Positions 1 through 12,588 of a stretch of DNA of 64,000 nt are shown one piece after another. How positions within the stretch are numbered: position 1 is the stretch's first letter; each line of letters begins with the position of its first letter. The notes below the pieces were generated by a model that searched no databases, was not told the origin of the DNA, and worked only from the letters and a program-made list of their open reading frames with translations. This stretch comes from Azolla caroliniana. Taxonomy: Eukaryota > Plantae > Polypodiophyta. The position numbers were made by a program, and so were the translations under genes. The stretch is from NCBI GenBank assembly GCA_043228905.1, contig JBHGNT010000010.1:3472001-3536000 (forward strand), in the 5' to 3' direction.

Positions 1-2307
1 GTTGCTCGCAAAAATCGTGGCACACCGCTTAGCACCACTTCTCCCTCAGCTCATTCATCCGTCCCAAGCAGGTTTTGTTAGAAATCGGAGCATCCCAGAC
101 AATCTCTTCTCATTTTTGGAAGCAGTAGCCCTTGCTAAACGTACCAACAACAAGGTAGTTGTGGTGCTCCCAGATTTTGAGAAAGCATATGACAGGGTAT
201 GCTAGAAATTTCTAGAAAGTGTGATGGGGAAACTCGACTTTCACGAATCATGGATCAAAGCATAGTATGAACCATACGTACCATACGTGCATTCGCATTC
301 GTGAATGTTTCAATCATTCGCGTAAGAAAAACACCCTTAAAGAATAATAAATACCATACTTTTGGATTAACTATTTATTATGAGATAAATACTCACGCTA
401 GCGGGGCGCATCATAGTGGCAAACCAGCTATTACTCGTGACAGCATGGTATAGCCTATTATGCTGGACAATCTCCAAAGAAAGTATACACCGGATTCAAC
501 GACTGGTACACAACTACATTTGGTCTGGTAAGGAAGATCATGCAACTCGGGCCAAGGTAGTGTGGGCTATACTCACATCACCTAAGTCGAGAGGAGGATT
601 GGGTCTTATTGATCCCCTCTCACAATCAAAAGCCCTACTCGCCAAATTTGTGGTGCGAGGACTCCAACCAGGGAATGACCGTTGGAAAATGTTATTGCGG
701 TTACGCTTCACTTACTTTAGGCCACGAAAAGGGACCAATTGGGCCCCCTAAACTGGATGGATTCTAAACATGGATCTCAAACCTAGTTTCTCTTGCCAAC
801 TGGAGGATAGATTTAGTGCATCCATGTGGAAGGTGTGGTGTGACATTAGACGAGGACTCAAGTGCAATCAACCCAATTCCGAACCTACCTGGCTCAGTCA
901 ACGTATCCTTTGGAACCCATGTATTAGGGATGAATCTAATAAACTAATTGGATCAAGTAAGGGGATGTCATGGGGATACATGTCGGAAGGTCCAAGAAAA
1001 AGTATAAAATGTTGGAGACGGTTTATGTCATTGCCAATACAAGATTAGGCCAACATCCTCCATGGAATCAGAGGCGGATGGGCTATGAGATCTGAAATCA
1101 TTAACGTTCTACTGATTAGGGAAGCTACTCATCAAAGGACGACAACAAGGAAATGAATAGGCTACAAGGAGGAGGGCTCTTTGCTCCCAAGAGGTAGGGA
1201 CACACCGGACAGGATCGAAGGTTCTGAACTGCAAGACAACGAGGCATCAACACAGCATAGGGCAATTCGAGTACTAGCATATAATGGGCATAAATGGATT
1301 GTAGATCCTGATCCGATCAATGTACAACCAGATTGGCACATATGTACTCATGAAAACACATGGCTATGTAAGGTCAGTTGGGACCCTTTGCAATGGACAT
1401 AGTGTGATCCTTACGCGAGGCAAGGAAGCAAACATATCCCTTTCTTTCAATTCACAACTAGACCGGGTCGCCATATTATAGCCGCTCAATCTGCCCGAGA
1501 TCCGGTTGCTGCAAAGGTCTGGAAAACATATCATGTTCCTAACACAATTATCACCAAGTTTTGGCAAAAACTCTGGAAACAACAACACGGGAGGCGAATC
1601 TCCACATCCCAATGGCTATTAATACATAAGTCACTACCGGTTGGTGCATGGCAGCGTGGGAACCTCAGCTCTCCTAATTGTGTAGAGTGTCCAACTGTAG
1701 TAGAATCAATACAACACGCTCTATGGGATTGCCCAGAGTCCCATTGAATATGGTGGGGGGTTGGCCGCTTATTGCAATTATGCCAGGTGCAAGGCTCAAT
1801 CAAGTGGGGGAATGTATGTTGGTTATCATGGCAGGCCCCAGTTGATAGATATGAGCATCAGGAAGAGGGGATGACTTTGGTTATAAAAGCACAAGAGGTT
1901 TTTTTCTCCAGCATCGACAATGTCCACTCAACTCCTGTCAATGCCAAATCTCAAGTTGTGTTGGAATTGGTCAGCCTCATAACTCTTTGGATTCTATGGA
2001 AACAACGGTGTAGACGGGTCTTCTCGAACCAAAGCGGGCAGCCAATAGTGTTAATGCAAGAGATATAGAGTGAAGTGATAACCACTCTAAAGAGCCAATA
2101 TGATGGCCTCAAGGGTGACTCCAATGGAGTTGAAAGACAGCGAGCAACTAGCCTTCATCCAACAATGGTCGTCCTCCCCCTTTATTGAGTTGGTGGGCAT
2201 CCACATAAGATTGACCTATCGTGTCCCTACAAGGATCTATATATACTAATCTCATCTGTAAAATTTTATAACTAATGGAAGGAGTTTTTGGGGGGAGAAA
2301 AAAAAAC
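1..2307 (+). mobile_element. Degenerate L1-type LINE ORF2 (RT fragment, zf-RVT region, 3' end with A-rich tail); 5' part runs off the window
   Basis: ORF 2-205 has 'LIHPSQAGFVRNRSIPDN..DFEKAYDRV'; 416-751 has 'KSRGGLGLID'; C-terminal C-x2-C..HALWDC-like motif near 1680-1735 and 'LWILWKQRCRRVF'; ends in GGGGGGAGAAAAAAAAA (~2289-2306). Multiple stops and frameshifts. Confidence 0.9.
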
Positions 2308-3387
2308 CTATGCAATCAATAGGGTTGACATTATTTACATTTTTCAATCCTTACAACTTATGCATAGAAATATCAAACGATTGTTGATTTGTTTTAAGTG
2401 TATGAAATGTTCATGAGTTTACATGCAATATGAGGCATTCAACAAAACAGAGACGAGGCATTTTGCATTACTGTAAGGATCATGGTCACTGATAATCGTA
2501 CATTTTTTATTTGCATGGAAATATGGAAGTATAAAAGCAAAAAGAACAATTAATCTATAGGACGAAATGCACTATATATAAAGTGTCCTCATTTATATAG
2601 TCTACCATTAATTCACACTTGAAATACTAAGCTAGGTAAAACTCTGCTTATCAAAGTATCCAAGAAGACTACCATATCAAATTTAACAAATTTGGTTAAC
2701 TACAAATTACTAAATAATCAAGTGCCTTCCAAGATAAAAGAACTGAATGTGATCACATGGAGGATAAGCAAGTACATTAAAAAATGGAGATCCACATGTT
2801 TGCGAGTATCGATGGAGCTAAATGTTTCAAATTTATATTCCCAATCAGCTTATGTATGAATCATGAATCTCGATTTTCATATTCATAATTTAGAACTCTA
2901 GCATTGAAGCATACCAGCCTCAAAGCACAAATTTTGTTCCAACATGCTCTTGATGGTATGTAGAACGAGTAGGCAATCTCAGCATATGACTTATGAGAGA
3001 GTTTTTGGTATTTTACCATAGCATGTTGAATACTAGTATGTAGGAAGAAGAATGCAAACATCGTCTTAGTTGAAGCCTTACGAACGTTTCTTGTCTCCTA
3101 ACACATTCAAACCATTATATAGCCTTGTGAACATATAATAAATATGAAACGGACTCAAAATCCTATGCTAATTGCTATAAGCAGGTAGAATAGAAAGATT
3201 TATGGTCATAGAAAATTTTTACAATAAATGAGAGTCCATCAATTGGATGTAAATCATACAGAAAAATTAGGATAGGGATGGACTTCAAATTCTGAGAGAG
3301 AATTTCTAGATAGAAAAATTAAGAGCCTACGATCCAGGACTCGTTAACTCTTGTTGACCATAAACACCAGAGTTCCATACAAAATAT

Positions 3388-6300
3388 TTAGATCTTATCT
3401 GTGTTTTCTGAATCTGCCCATTTTATAGTTTGTACTAAGCGTTCCCGTAGGAGTTCCAGATTCTGGTCCGATATGGCTTGATACATCTTTGAATGGTCAT
3501 GCTTCTGTAATCAAGAAACTATATGATAAGTATACTGTGCAAAACTGAAACCATGAAACTATATCTCAGATAATTGACGGTGTGGACACTACAGTGAAAA
3601 ACCTAAAAATCTAAATCAGATATCACCACAATTCAAAAGATATTTTTGTCATTTGTCTTTTATCCCAGAGTCTGTGTTTTAACTAGAAGTTTGCAGTTGT
3701 CAAAGCTTGTTCAAAACCAGCAAGATTATCTAATATTATTTAAATATGAACTTTCTGTTCTAGTTCCAAGTAGACCACTTAGCCTCTCGAAGAAAGTAAA
3801 AGTCACATAATCAGTGTTTGTCTGGCATTCAAGACCTCTTATTTAAATGAAAGCAGTACTCCAAAGGCCTTGAATGATCAGCTTTGAGAACATGGAGAGA
3901 AAAGAAGGTTCCAAAAGAGGAAACAAAAACCTGTACCTAGGAGAGAACCTTACATCATATCATATGGCCAACCGTTGTTGACACTCCGAAAGTAAAATAT
4001 ATATAAAATGACTTCAAGAATGGCGGTTTAAATATTAAGAATGACTTCAAAACCAAGATATCTGACACTCTGGATATGCAGAGAAATCACCAAACCAGTC
4101 CAGCCTTATCTCAAGGCGACCCCTTTCCTTATCCGTGCTTCGTTTCAGTTTTCTGTTGCACTACTTTGTATATAAATTCAAAGGCCTAACAAATGTTAGT
4201 GACTTGCTTTCATAATTTAGAATTAGTGGGCAATGCATTACCTTCATGAGGCAAACAAAAAGGATAAATGAAACCCAAGAATATAAAGGACTGACTTTCA
4301 CAGGTCAAGATGTAATTGGTAGCAGAGTTGACTATGATTAAAGCTAGCAAAATAATAAGAAAAACATTATGGCTGGACTCGATCAAGATAAAGTCTACTA
4401 AAAACAAATGGAGAAAATAAATAGAACTAGAAAAACTGCACCAGAAAAAGAGAGAAAGTGGCAAGTCCTAAGGATCACACACATATAGATATAATCAGCC
4501 TTCAATAGTTGTTTCAAAATTTTAAGCCAAACATTCTATACTTTAATTATGGCTTAAATAAATATTTATTAACGTCTAAAATAAGATGTATTTTTTCTAT
4601 TTTTGCATTTAACAATTTAAAGAATTATTCTTCTCGAGAGGCACACTCTAACATGTTCCCCTTGTGGTAATTCAGCCAGTCCCAACTCAAGCGATCTGGC
4701 AAATAAGGTAATTTCAGCATTCTTTACTTATGAGATATTTGTGGTCAACAATCATAGTTTCCCATTTCCTTTAATACATAAGCGGCCCATGGGAAAAATC
4801 TACAAAGTTTTTACTTCATAGGATTCACGTTACCACAACTATGGCATAAAAACTTGTCCCATAGAGACTTTTCTAGAACAAAATATCTCAAGTGAAAGCA
4901 CAGAGGGTATATGGCCAAGACTTAGCCAAGAAACAACTAGAGCAAATATCCTACGTGGAATCATGAGTCTTGCCTTTCAAAGGTTTCCATATTTTGAGAC
5001 CCCATGTACAAAAGAACAAAGTTTGAAAAGAGTAAAAGAAGACGAAGCTACTTGGAAAGAAAAAGGTTGAAGAACCTCTAACATCCCTCTTTGGAAGCTG
5101 CATCAATGCCTCCAAATAAAATCCTCCTTAGACGAAGCCTGTATTGAAGGCATCACACCTGAAGCCTTCTTAAACAATGCCGAAGACACATCATCCGCAA
5201 AACAACCAGCTAAGGTTCCTTAATCACATAAGGAAGTTCCTAGTTTATGATCCTATAGATCAAGTCCTTTGAGGAGCCAATAAAACAGCATAGGACTTGC
5301 TTTTCTAATTTGGAATGTTCTCCTGCGTTTCAATGTGGCTTAATGAACATCAAAAGGCTTTCTCGGAGAAAAAGAGAATGTAAATTACAAGAGACTGCAA
5401 CAACATCCAAACTTTTCTCTCAGCATTTATAGGGACAGAGACTAACATCATCCAAAATACTAATAGAGGAAAACAAAATCAAGATTCATGTAGTTCTAGC
5501 CATCACCATGAGTAGAGGGCATGCAATTCACATCCCACAAAAGTAGAACCTGCTAAATGATTCCAATAAGTAATGGAATATCCATCCTCCCTACAAGGAG
5601 ATCAACGGGATATGGGAGTGCCTAGGAAAAGATACTCCAAAGTTAGGACGATTTCTTCTTCAAGATTCATGTCCATTGGAGTGATATGTGCTTAAACCCA
5701 CACATGGTATGGAAGATCACTGCACTTCCTAGTATAAATTTAGATTGTCCACTCTGTTGCACACTTAATATAAGCACACAACAGTATGTGGTCAAGCGAA
5801 ATGTGATATTTAAAAACGATGCGGAACAGCTACTAGAATCCTTTGGCATGAATATTTGAAGAATGAAGGCTGATATGAACCAACCATGAACTGCATTGAC
5901 ATATGAAAACACATATTTTAGCTTGAAGAACATAGACTGAAAGTCTGAAATTGTTTTGTATTCTGCACAGAGCTTTAGATGAAGACTATATTGCAGGGTC
6001 CCTAGAAACGAGGAACTTGGAAGGCCCAAAAATGCGAGAAAAATGAACAATGTTTCAGAAACCTTGGCTTGTGTGAATGAGTGTTTATATTCTCCACTGT
6101 TTCAGCCAAAGAATAAGACATGAAGAAACTGTCTTTAGTTACTATTTTTCTCCCTTCTTATCCAAGTTTACTTTTTCCTATAAATTCCACTCTTTTGCTC
6201 TTATTTAGAAAGAGATTTTGATGGCTGCAATCTCAGTCACAATAGGCCAGAATCCACATTTTTTCTCTTGATGATGGTCAAACATTGTCCTCAAAATCCT

Positions 6301-8955
6301 CATTCCAGAAATACCTAGTTTTCCAGATTGATTTGTGAGGAATTTCATGTGAGCTTGCCTGATTTGTAGCATATCGTTCTGTCACAAGGATTGACTATGA
6401 AGAAAAAGAAGAGGTAATACTTACTTTTCAGGACTAATATTACTGTCTATGTCACACTTTAAGCATGGTGGAAACATTTGGGGAGCTAAGTAAGTTTCGA
6501 AACATCGGAATCATGATTCATTTGTTAACTTCGTAACAGATATTGCTGGTTTGTAATTCCTGAAAATTGTAGCTATAGAACAGATTAAGCAATTTATGTA
6601 TAATCGTGTACATTTTATTTTATTTTAGCTTGCCATTATAAAGCTCAGGTAGCCTGGATTGGAGGATTTCCCAAGACCAAGGCCTCCTTATATCCTCCAT
6701 TTCCTATTTACACTACTCCAAAATGAAGGATTTGCTTTTGTTGTTGCAGAAAGCTACGCAGCATATAGACATATAGACCTCATCCTTGTTGACAATATAG
6801 GGAGGCCCAGCCTAAGTATACCAACTGTAGAAATATGTGAGATGAATAGACACACATCCACTCAACTGAACTAAAAAGTCCATTGAAGCCTTTGAAATGA
6901 CAACGGACGATCTAATTTTTGTCGAATGACAATGTTCTCCTGCAATTTTGGATATGAAGGCTTTATGTGATTTTAAAATATTTGCCTCACTTTTAAGATG
7001 CAGCTAATTAAAAACACCCCAATCATAACGAGGTCAACTGAAAACCATCGAGAAGGATTTCATATAATGTTGTATGCAAACATCTGTTAAGATACAAATA
7101 CAGCAACTATCACGTAAATTCAAGTTAAGCACAAACTGTTCAAATATCACAGCATTTTTTTGAATTTATAGCATTCTTGTTCAGTGTAATTTCTATTCCC
7201 ATCATTAATTGTTTGGTGTGTTTTCTAAGAACCATAAGTGATACTGTATCTGTACATTTCTACCTGGTATACTGTTACACCCTCAGAAAATTTCTGTGGA
7301 AGGTTTCTTCCATATATTTCTACATCAATTTGAACAGTAATTTCAGATATATTTAGTAAAAAGATTTGAGGGAACGGAGCTAAAGATCACCTTTATCCAT
7401 TTATTATATAGATGTAATCGCGTCACCATCACTCGTTCACATAACTCTTGTTTTTCCTGTGTCCATCATGTTTCTCCTGCGTAAGTCTTGGGAAATGAAA
7501 TATTTTTCTTCATAAATTCATCAGCTGCAACACATACCTGAACAAGTGTCCTGAGGAAAAGCTTACTGTCTTGTGGTTTGTGGTCCACCACAAAGCTGTG
7601 AGGGAAGAACGGATGGAAATCAATTGTTTTAACGATTCAATACCAAACTTAGTGGCAAGACACTTCAGAATTTTTAGAATTTTCACTTACTTATAAAACC
7701 AAGCATATTCTGTAGGGTTCATCTCATACAACTGTACAAGAACTGTTCTGACTGCCTTATATGTGAAGTAATCCAGAAGGTGCTACCATTAAAAAGAAAA
7801 GGAAGAGTATGAAATATAAGAAATGAGTAAACAATATGTGATGAAGGTAGGACATATAGATAAGGAAACAATGATCACATTATTTGATCGATGCGCATAG
7901 AAAAGGAAAGGAAGATCACACTGTGTGAGCAAACCAAGTAGATAAGGAAACAATAATCACATTATCTGATCAAATGAAAACATGCACCATGTCATGTGAT
8001 GTTCCACACGATGATTTGATCATTGTGTGAAGATTCTAATTGAAAGGTATGAAACAAGAGGTTCAATATGGATATATAGCACAAATGAATGGCACATCCA
8101 CCAGAGGTACATACACGCGCACACACTCACACAGGACTAGTACACGCAAAAGAACATGTTACATACTCAATTGACCTTATCACGGTTATCAACATAATGA
8201 AATTAATCCATGTCTGAATGATCAAGCGAAAGGCGGTAAAACAATCTGATCCAAAGACTATGAGAGGACTCTTGGTAGGCATGAAGATGGAGTAAATTAT
8301 TGAATACACAGTAGCAAGAGTATATATGTGTGTGCATGACTAATCACAGACAGATCAAAAGTACCTTATCGACATCTGCAAAGTTGTCATCATACTGGCC
8401 GCCAAGGTCAGCTCGTACAAGTAGTGAGTACGGGGCACGAGATTTCTGCCCTAATCCACGGCAATGGACAATGAATGAGAAGGATCGGGAGGTGAGGGTG
8501 AAGGAACTCCACGGGAGGAAGGCAGTGTTAGAACGGCGTGAGGAGAAGGAGGAAGAAGAATTGAGGATAGGGTGGTGTGGATGATTTCGTCGGGAATGGA
8601 GCTTCTGCAGAGAAGAGCGGCCATGGCGGGAGAGGGAGGAAGTGGTCACAGCAGGCGAGGAGGAGGAGGAGGAGGAAGGGGAAGATGAAGATGAAGATGA
8701 AGATGAAGATGGAGGAGGAGGAGAGATTGTGGTAGAATTAAGAAAGGACGAAGGTCGAAGCGAAGGTACGACAAGCACAGAAGAAGAGGAGCAGGAGGAG
8801 CAGGAGGAGGGAGGAGAAGAAGAAGAAGAAGGAGAAGAAGAAGGAGATGGAGAAGGAGATGGAGAAGGAGGTAACACCATCGCCGAACGAAGAGAGATGG
8901 AGGAGGAAGCAGAAGCAGAAGCAGAAGCAGGCGTCGGCGTGGCACAGCTAAGCAT
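3388..8955 (-). CDS. RBCX: Chloroplast Rubisco assembly chaperone RbcX (RbcX2-like), 5 exons: 8955-8365, 7782-7691, 7595-7538, 7456-7391, 3504-3388; ~307 aa
   Basis: Manual splicing with GT-AG ends and consistent phases gives ..ADLGGQYDDNFADVDK|HLLDYFTYKAVRTVLVQLYEMNPTEYAWFYN|FVVDHKPQDSKLFLRTLVQ|EKQELCERVMVTRLHLYNKWIK|KHDHSKMYQAISDQNLELLRERLVQTIKWADSENTDKI*, recognisable as plant RbcX; Ser/Pro-rich transit-peptide-like N-terminus. Confidence 0.93.
4650..5700 (-). mobile_element. Possible highly decayed LINE RT relic inside RbcX intron 4
   Basis: Minus strand near 5150-5215 reads LAGCFADDVSSALFKKASGV (FADD and 'F..ASG' RT-like motifs); no long ORF; boundaries are guesses. Confidence 0.35.
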
Positions 8956-9265
8956 CACAGAAATGGAAGAATCTCTGAGAAAGAGAAAGAAAGAAAGAAA
9001 GAAAGAGAAAGAGAGAAGGAATCCTCTCTACTTGTCTCGTGATTTTTCATATGGGCCTCCCAAAGAGAGAGAGAGAGTGTGAGTGAGAGAGAAGAGATGG
9101 ATCAATTCCTGGCCGCCCCTCCTCCTCTATGGCCGGCCGCCTCATTCTCAATGGCCGGCCACACGCGGCCGACCCGACCCGACCTGACCCGACCACCCGT
9201 TGCGTCCGCCCGCCCACCCGCCTACGAAATCCCTCTTGTCCATTGCCCCACATTTTATGCTTGAC

Positions 9266-9267
<2 letters not shown>

Positions 9268-9305
<38 letters not shown>
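9268..9305. repeat. (CT)n microsatellite upstream of RbcX
   Basis: Pure CT run in the sequence. Confidence 0.95.
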
Positions 9306-9309
<4 letters not shown>

Positions 9310-9311
9310 GT

Positions 9312-9466
9312 ACCTTACCCTAGTGGTAAGTTGTTAACACTACAAGCATTGCATCGTGGGTTCGAAACCCAATCTCCACACCTCTCTATTATATACTTCA
9401 TATACTCTTAATTCACTAGATGCCATTGTGGAATGTAGGGGTTGAACCCATGACCACTTGGTCTCT
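9312..9466 (-). mobile_element. Copy of the two-headed tRNA-derived (SINE-like) repeat, flanked by (CT)n on both sides
   Basis: Reverse complement aligns by eye with 19899-20060 and 61360-61556; B-box-like GGTTCGAAACC on + and GGTTCAACCCC on -. Confidence 0.75.
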
Positions 9467-9533
9467 CTCTCTCTCTCACTCTCTCACGCACATGCAGAAT
9501 TATAGTGATAACCGTCCTGACCTAACAGGAAAT

Positions 9534-9915
9534 GTGTCCGCTCGACCAGCAAGTCATTTCGCGAGGGAAAGGAAAAAATGGAGATGCTTTCTATGCCCAT
9601 GATGAAGCCATTTTTTTATTTTTTATTTTTTTGGGGGGAGGGGGGTTAGATGCATGCGTAAACCCTTAACCCTTAACGTGTCCGCTCGACCAACAAACAT
9701 TTGTTGGCCCGAGCCATTTCACGAGGGCAAGGGGGAAATGGAGATGCTTTCTATGCCCATGATGAAGCCGTGTTTTGTTTTTTTCTTTGGGGTAGATGCA
9801 TGCGTAAACCCTATACCCTAAACGTGTCTGCTCGACCGACAACATTTGTTGGCCCGAGCCATTTCGCGAGGAAAAGGGGAAAATGGAGATGCTTTCTGTG
9901 CCTACAATGAAGCCA
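9534..9915. repeat. ~145-bp tandem repeat, about 2.6 copies
   Basis: Recurrent GTGTCCGCTCGACC..AAATGGAGATGCTTTCTATGCCCATGATGAAGCC..TAGATGCATGCGTAAACCCT with starts near 9534, 9678 and 9823. Confidence 0.9.
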
Positions 9916-12479
9916 ACATGTGCCTCCCATGCCGGCCATTCGCTAGCCCCAAGCCGTTTTCTTTTTCTGTTCTTCTTTGCTAGATGCATGCGTGACTATC
10001 TTTTGGCCGAGGCATGGTGAGCTCTCGAATCATAACAATGGTTAACGTTGATTTTTTAGTGGCTGAGAGAATAAAGTTTTCTGCGCCGATATTGCCGTTC
10101 AAAATCATTGAATGCATGAAACACGTGGTGGTGGCACATCGATGTTTTTGGTGGGCACACAAATGTAGCTAGAAGGGCATGCAACGGAAGGGAAGTGTAC
10201 CACAGAGGACATAAAACCTAAACAAATTGCTCTAGTCCACCAACCATCCTTTTTCATGTATGTTGTTATCGTTGTTGTAGTAGTGTTTACATGGTTTATT
10301 TGTTATCGTGTTTACACGTGGTTTTATGTTATCGTTGGTGTTGTAGTACACATTTCATTCCTTGCGGTTTCCATCCTCTTCTTTGTGTTAATGTACCTAT
10401 GGATCATTCATGAATTTCAAGAGTCGCACTTGTTTACCAATTAGGCTTAATTCCCTTGGTCAAATAGGTGTTTGAATTGAAACTTGGAACTCTCTTCCCC
10501 GAAATGTTCAAATTGCCCCCCTTGCATGCATATGTATGATCCCTCTCTTTCATATGTTTGTTCATATGTATTTGGCCGCTTTGTTTTGCACCCTATGTAT
10601 TCATTGAATCTGGTCAGTTTTGTTTTATTTTTGGAAAACCTACGCTTCTAATTTTTCAAATATTGAAAAAGTATATTTGTGTCTCTCTTTGAATACGTTA
10701 TTATTCTATCTCATGACAATTCGTATTCATCTCTCCCTCTGTCATCTGCTTTTATTTTCTTGTAATGGGCTTTGCCCTAGATTTTGACAATCAACTTAAG
10801 GGTCATGGGTCAAATACTCACTTCTCTCAACTGTTCTACATTAGTCATTGAACAAATTAAATATGTTAAGGGCTCAAAACAATTGATGCATTCATCTCGA
10901 TTTGTCAAGGCCTAAGACTTAAGAGGTGTTGTCTCTCTTCCTCGTCATTATAGCCTTCTGAAAGGTATCAGGTAATGGGTTGTTGATGAGAAATAACATG
11001 AACATAGGGGCAAGGGTGAGGAACTCAAAAACATGCATAAAGCCTAGAAAGAGGGCATATTGCATGTAAGAGCACATTGTTAGATGAGACTTCATTAATG
11101 CTCGAGTGAGGATACAACGAACCTAGGCTCACTTGGGTGTATAACACAACAATTACAAACGTCCCCAACAATGTATGCATTTCCATAGGTTATTTTCTTA
11201 TTGGTTGAAATAAATAAAGCATTGGATTGGCCAACAAAGAGGAAGACAAACTTTTACACATTCTCTGAAACGAAATTTGAACAAGAAAATACACCAATTG
11301 GTATGATAACATAAAAAAAAAATTAGACAAGGAGATGATATGGTAGAATATTACAAGTTACAACCAAACATTCAAACAAGCCCAAGGCCCAACACCATAA
11401 GAAAGCCCTCTATCACATTCATCCTATGTTATTGAGTAACTTTATTGGGGGTTTGAGATTTTTTCTTTTCTTTTCGAAATGAAGCTACTTTCCCATTAGT
11501 TAGGAATTGGGGGCTAGAGTTATTCAAGTTGCAGGAAAATGCCGGATTATGATGATGAATTAATGTTGGAATAGCTACTACAAAAAGAAGAAGAAAAAAC
11601 ACATCCCTAGAAAACAAGCATCATGAATTCAAGTTTAGAATTTAAGAATTTATAAGGTGAACATTGGACAACAATCTGAATCTAAATGATTCTGATATTT
11701 CGAAAAATAGAAAGAGTAAGAAAAAAATTGTAGCAAACAAAAAGAAAAAGAAGAAAAAAGTTAAGGACGAAGAAACTTGAAAATGATCACCAAACCAATG
11801 AAGGAAATGAGACTCATTTAAGCACCACAACAAGACCACTCTCATGGAAATAATGAACACAGGACATCAATTTGCATCTATGATGCAAAAATTAGAGTGC
11901 TTTGGAAATTAAAAGTAAATAAGTATAAAAAAACAAACATAGAGAAAACTAAAGGTGTATGATGTCATTCATAAAATCAAAAGTTTTACGACGACAACAA
12001 GTTGGATATAAGGCTGATAACTATGATAAAAACAAGAACAATTGCAATAACTATGATAAAAATGGAAATGATCACAACATTTATGATACTTTTATCGAAA
12101 CAATAATAATTAGCATACTAATCCGAATTACAATCAAAATACAAAAAATAATTTTTATCACCATTCAACAATTACACATATACTATCACAATAGTTCAAA
12201 CATTAACTACAATAATCTTAACATCAATCAAAATAAGAATAAACTTGGATCCAAATCACCAAATTAGAGGACTCAATATTACACCCCAATCATTGGGCAA
12301 ATTCAATCAATACAGACCAATACCTCATGTAAATCTTATTCAAACTAAAGCAAGGAATTCATGATTAGAATGTCAAACCACTAGGGTTATGAACGAGGAG
12401 AATTCATAAAAGAAAAGTAAAGACATGATAGAGATAACAAGGTATTAAAGAAGCAAAATTGACACGATATATGATAAAA

Positions 12480-12588
12480 ATATGTTCTATTTAAATTGGA
12501 AATACAATATTTTATTTAACAAAGTTACAACATAATATGTTCTATTTTAATTGGAAATACAAGATTTTATTTAACAAAGTTACAACAT
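12480..12588. repeat. ~55-bp tandem duplication
   Basis: ATATGTTCTATTTWAATTGGAAATACAAKATTTTATTTAACAAAGTTACAACAT occurs twice. Confidence 0.9.

Noticed and set aside
8642-9082. 146-aa Glu-rich ORF on +
   Set aside because: Antisense shadow of the Ser-rich RbcX exon 1; no independent evidence.
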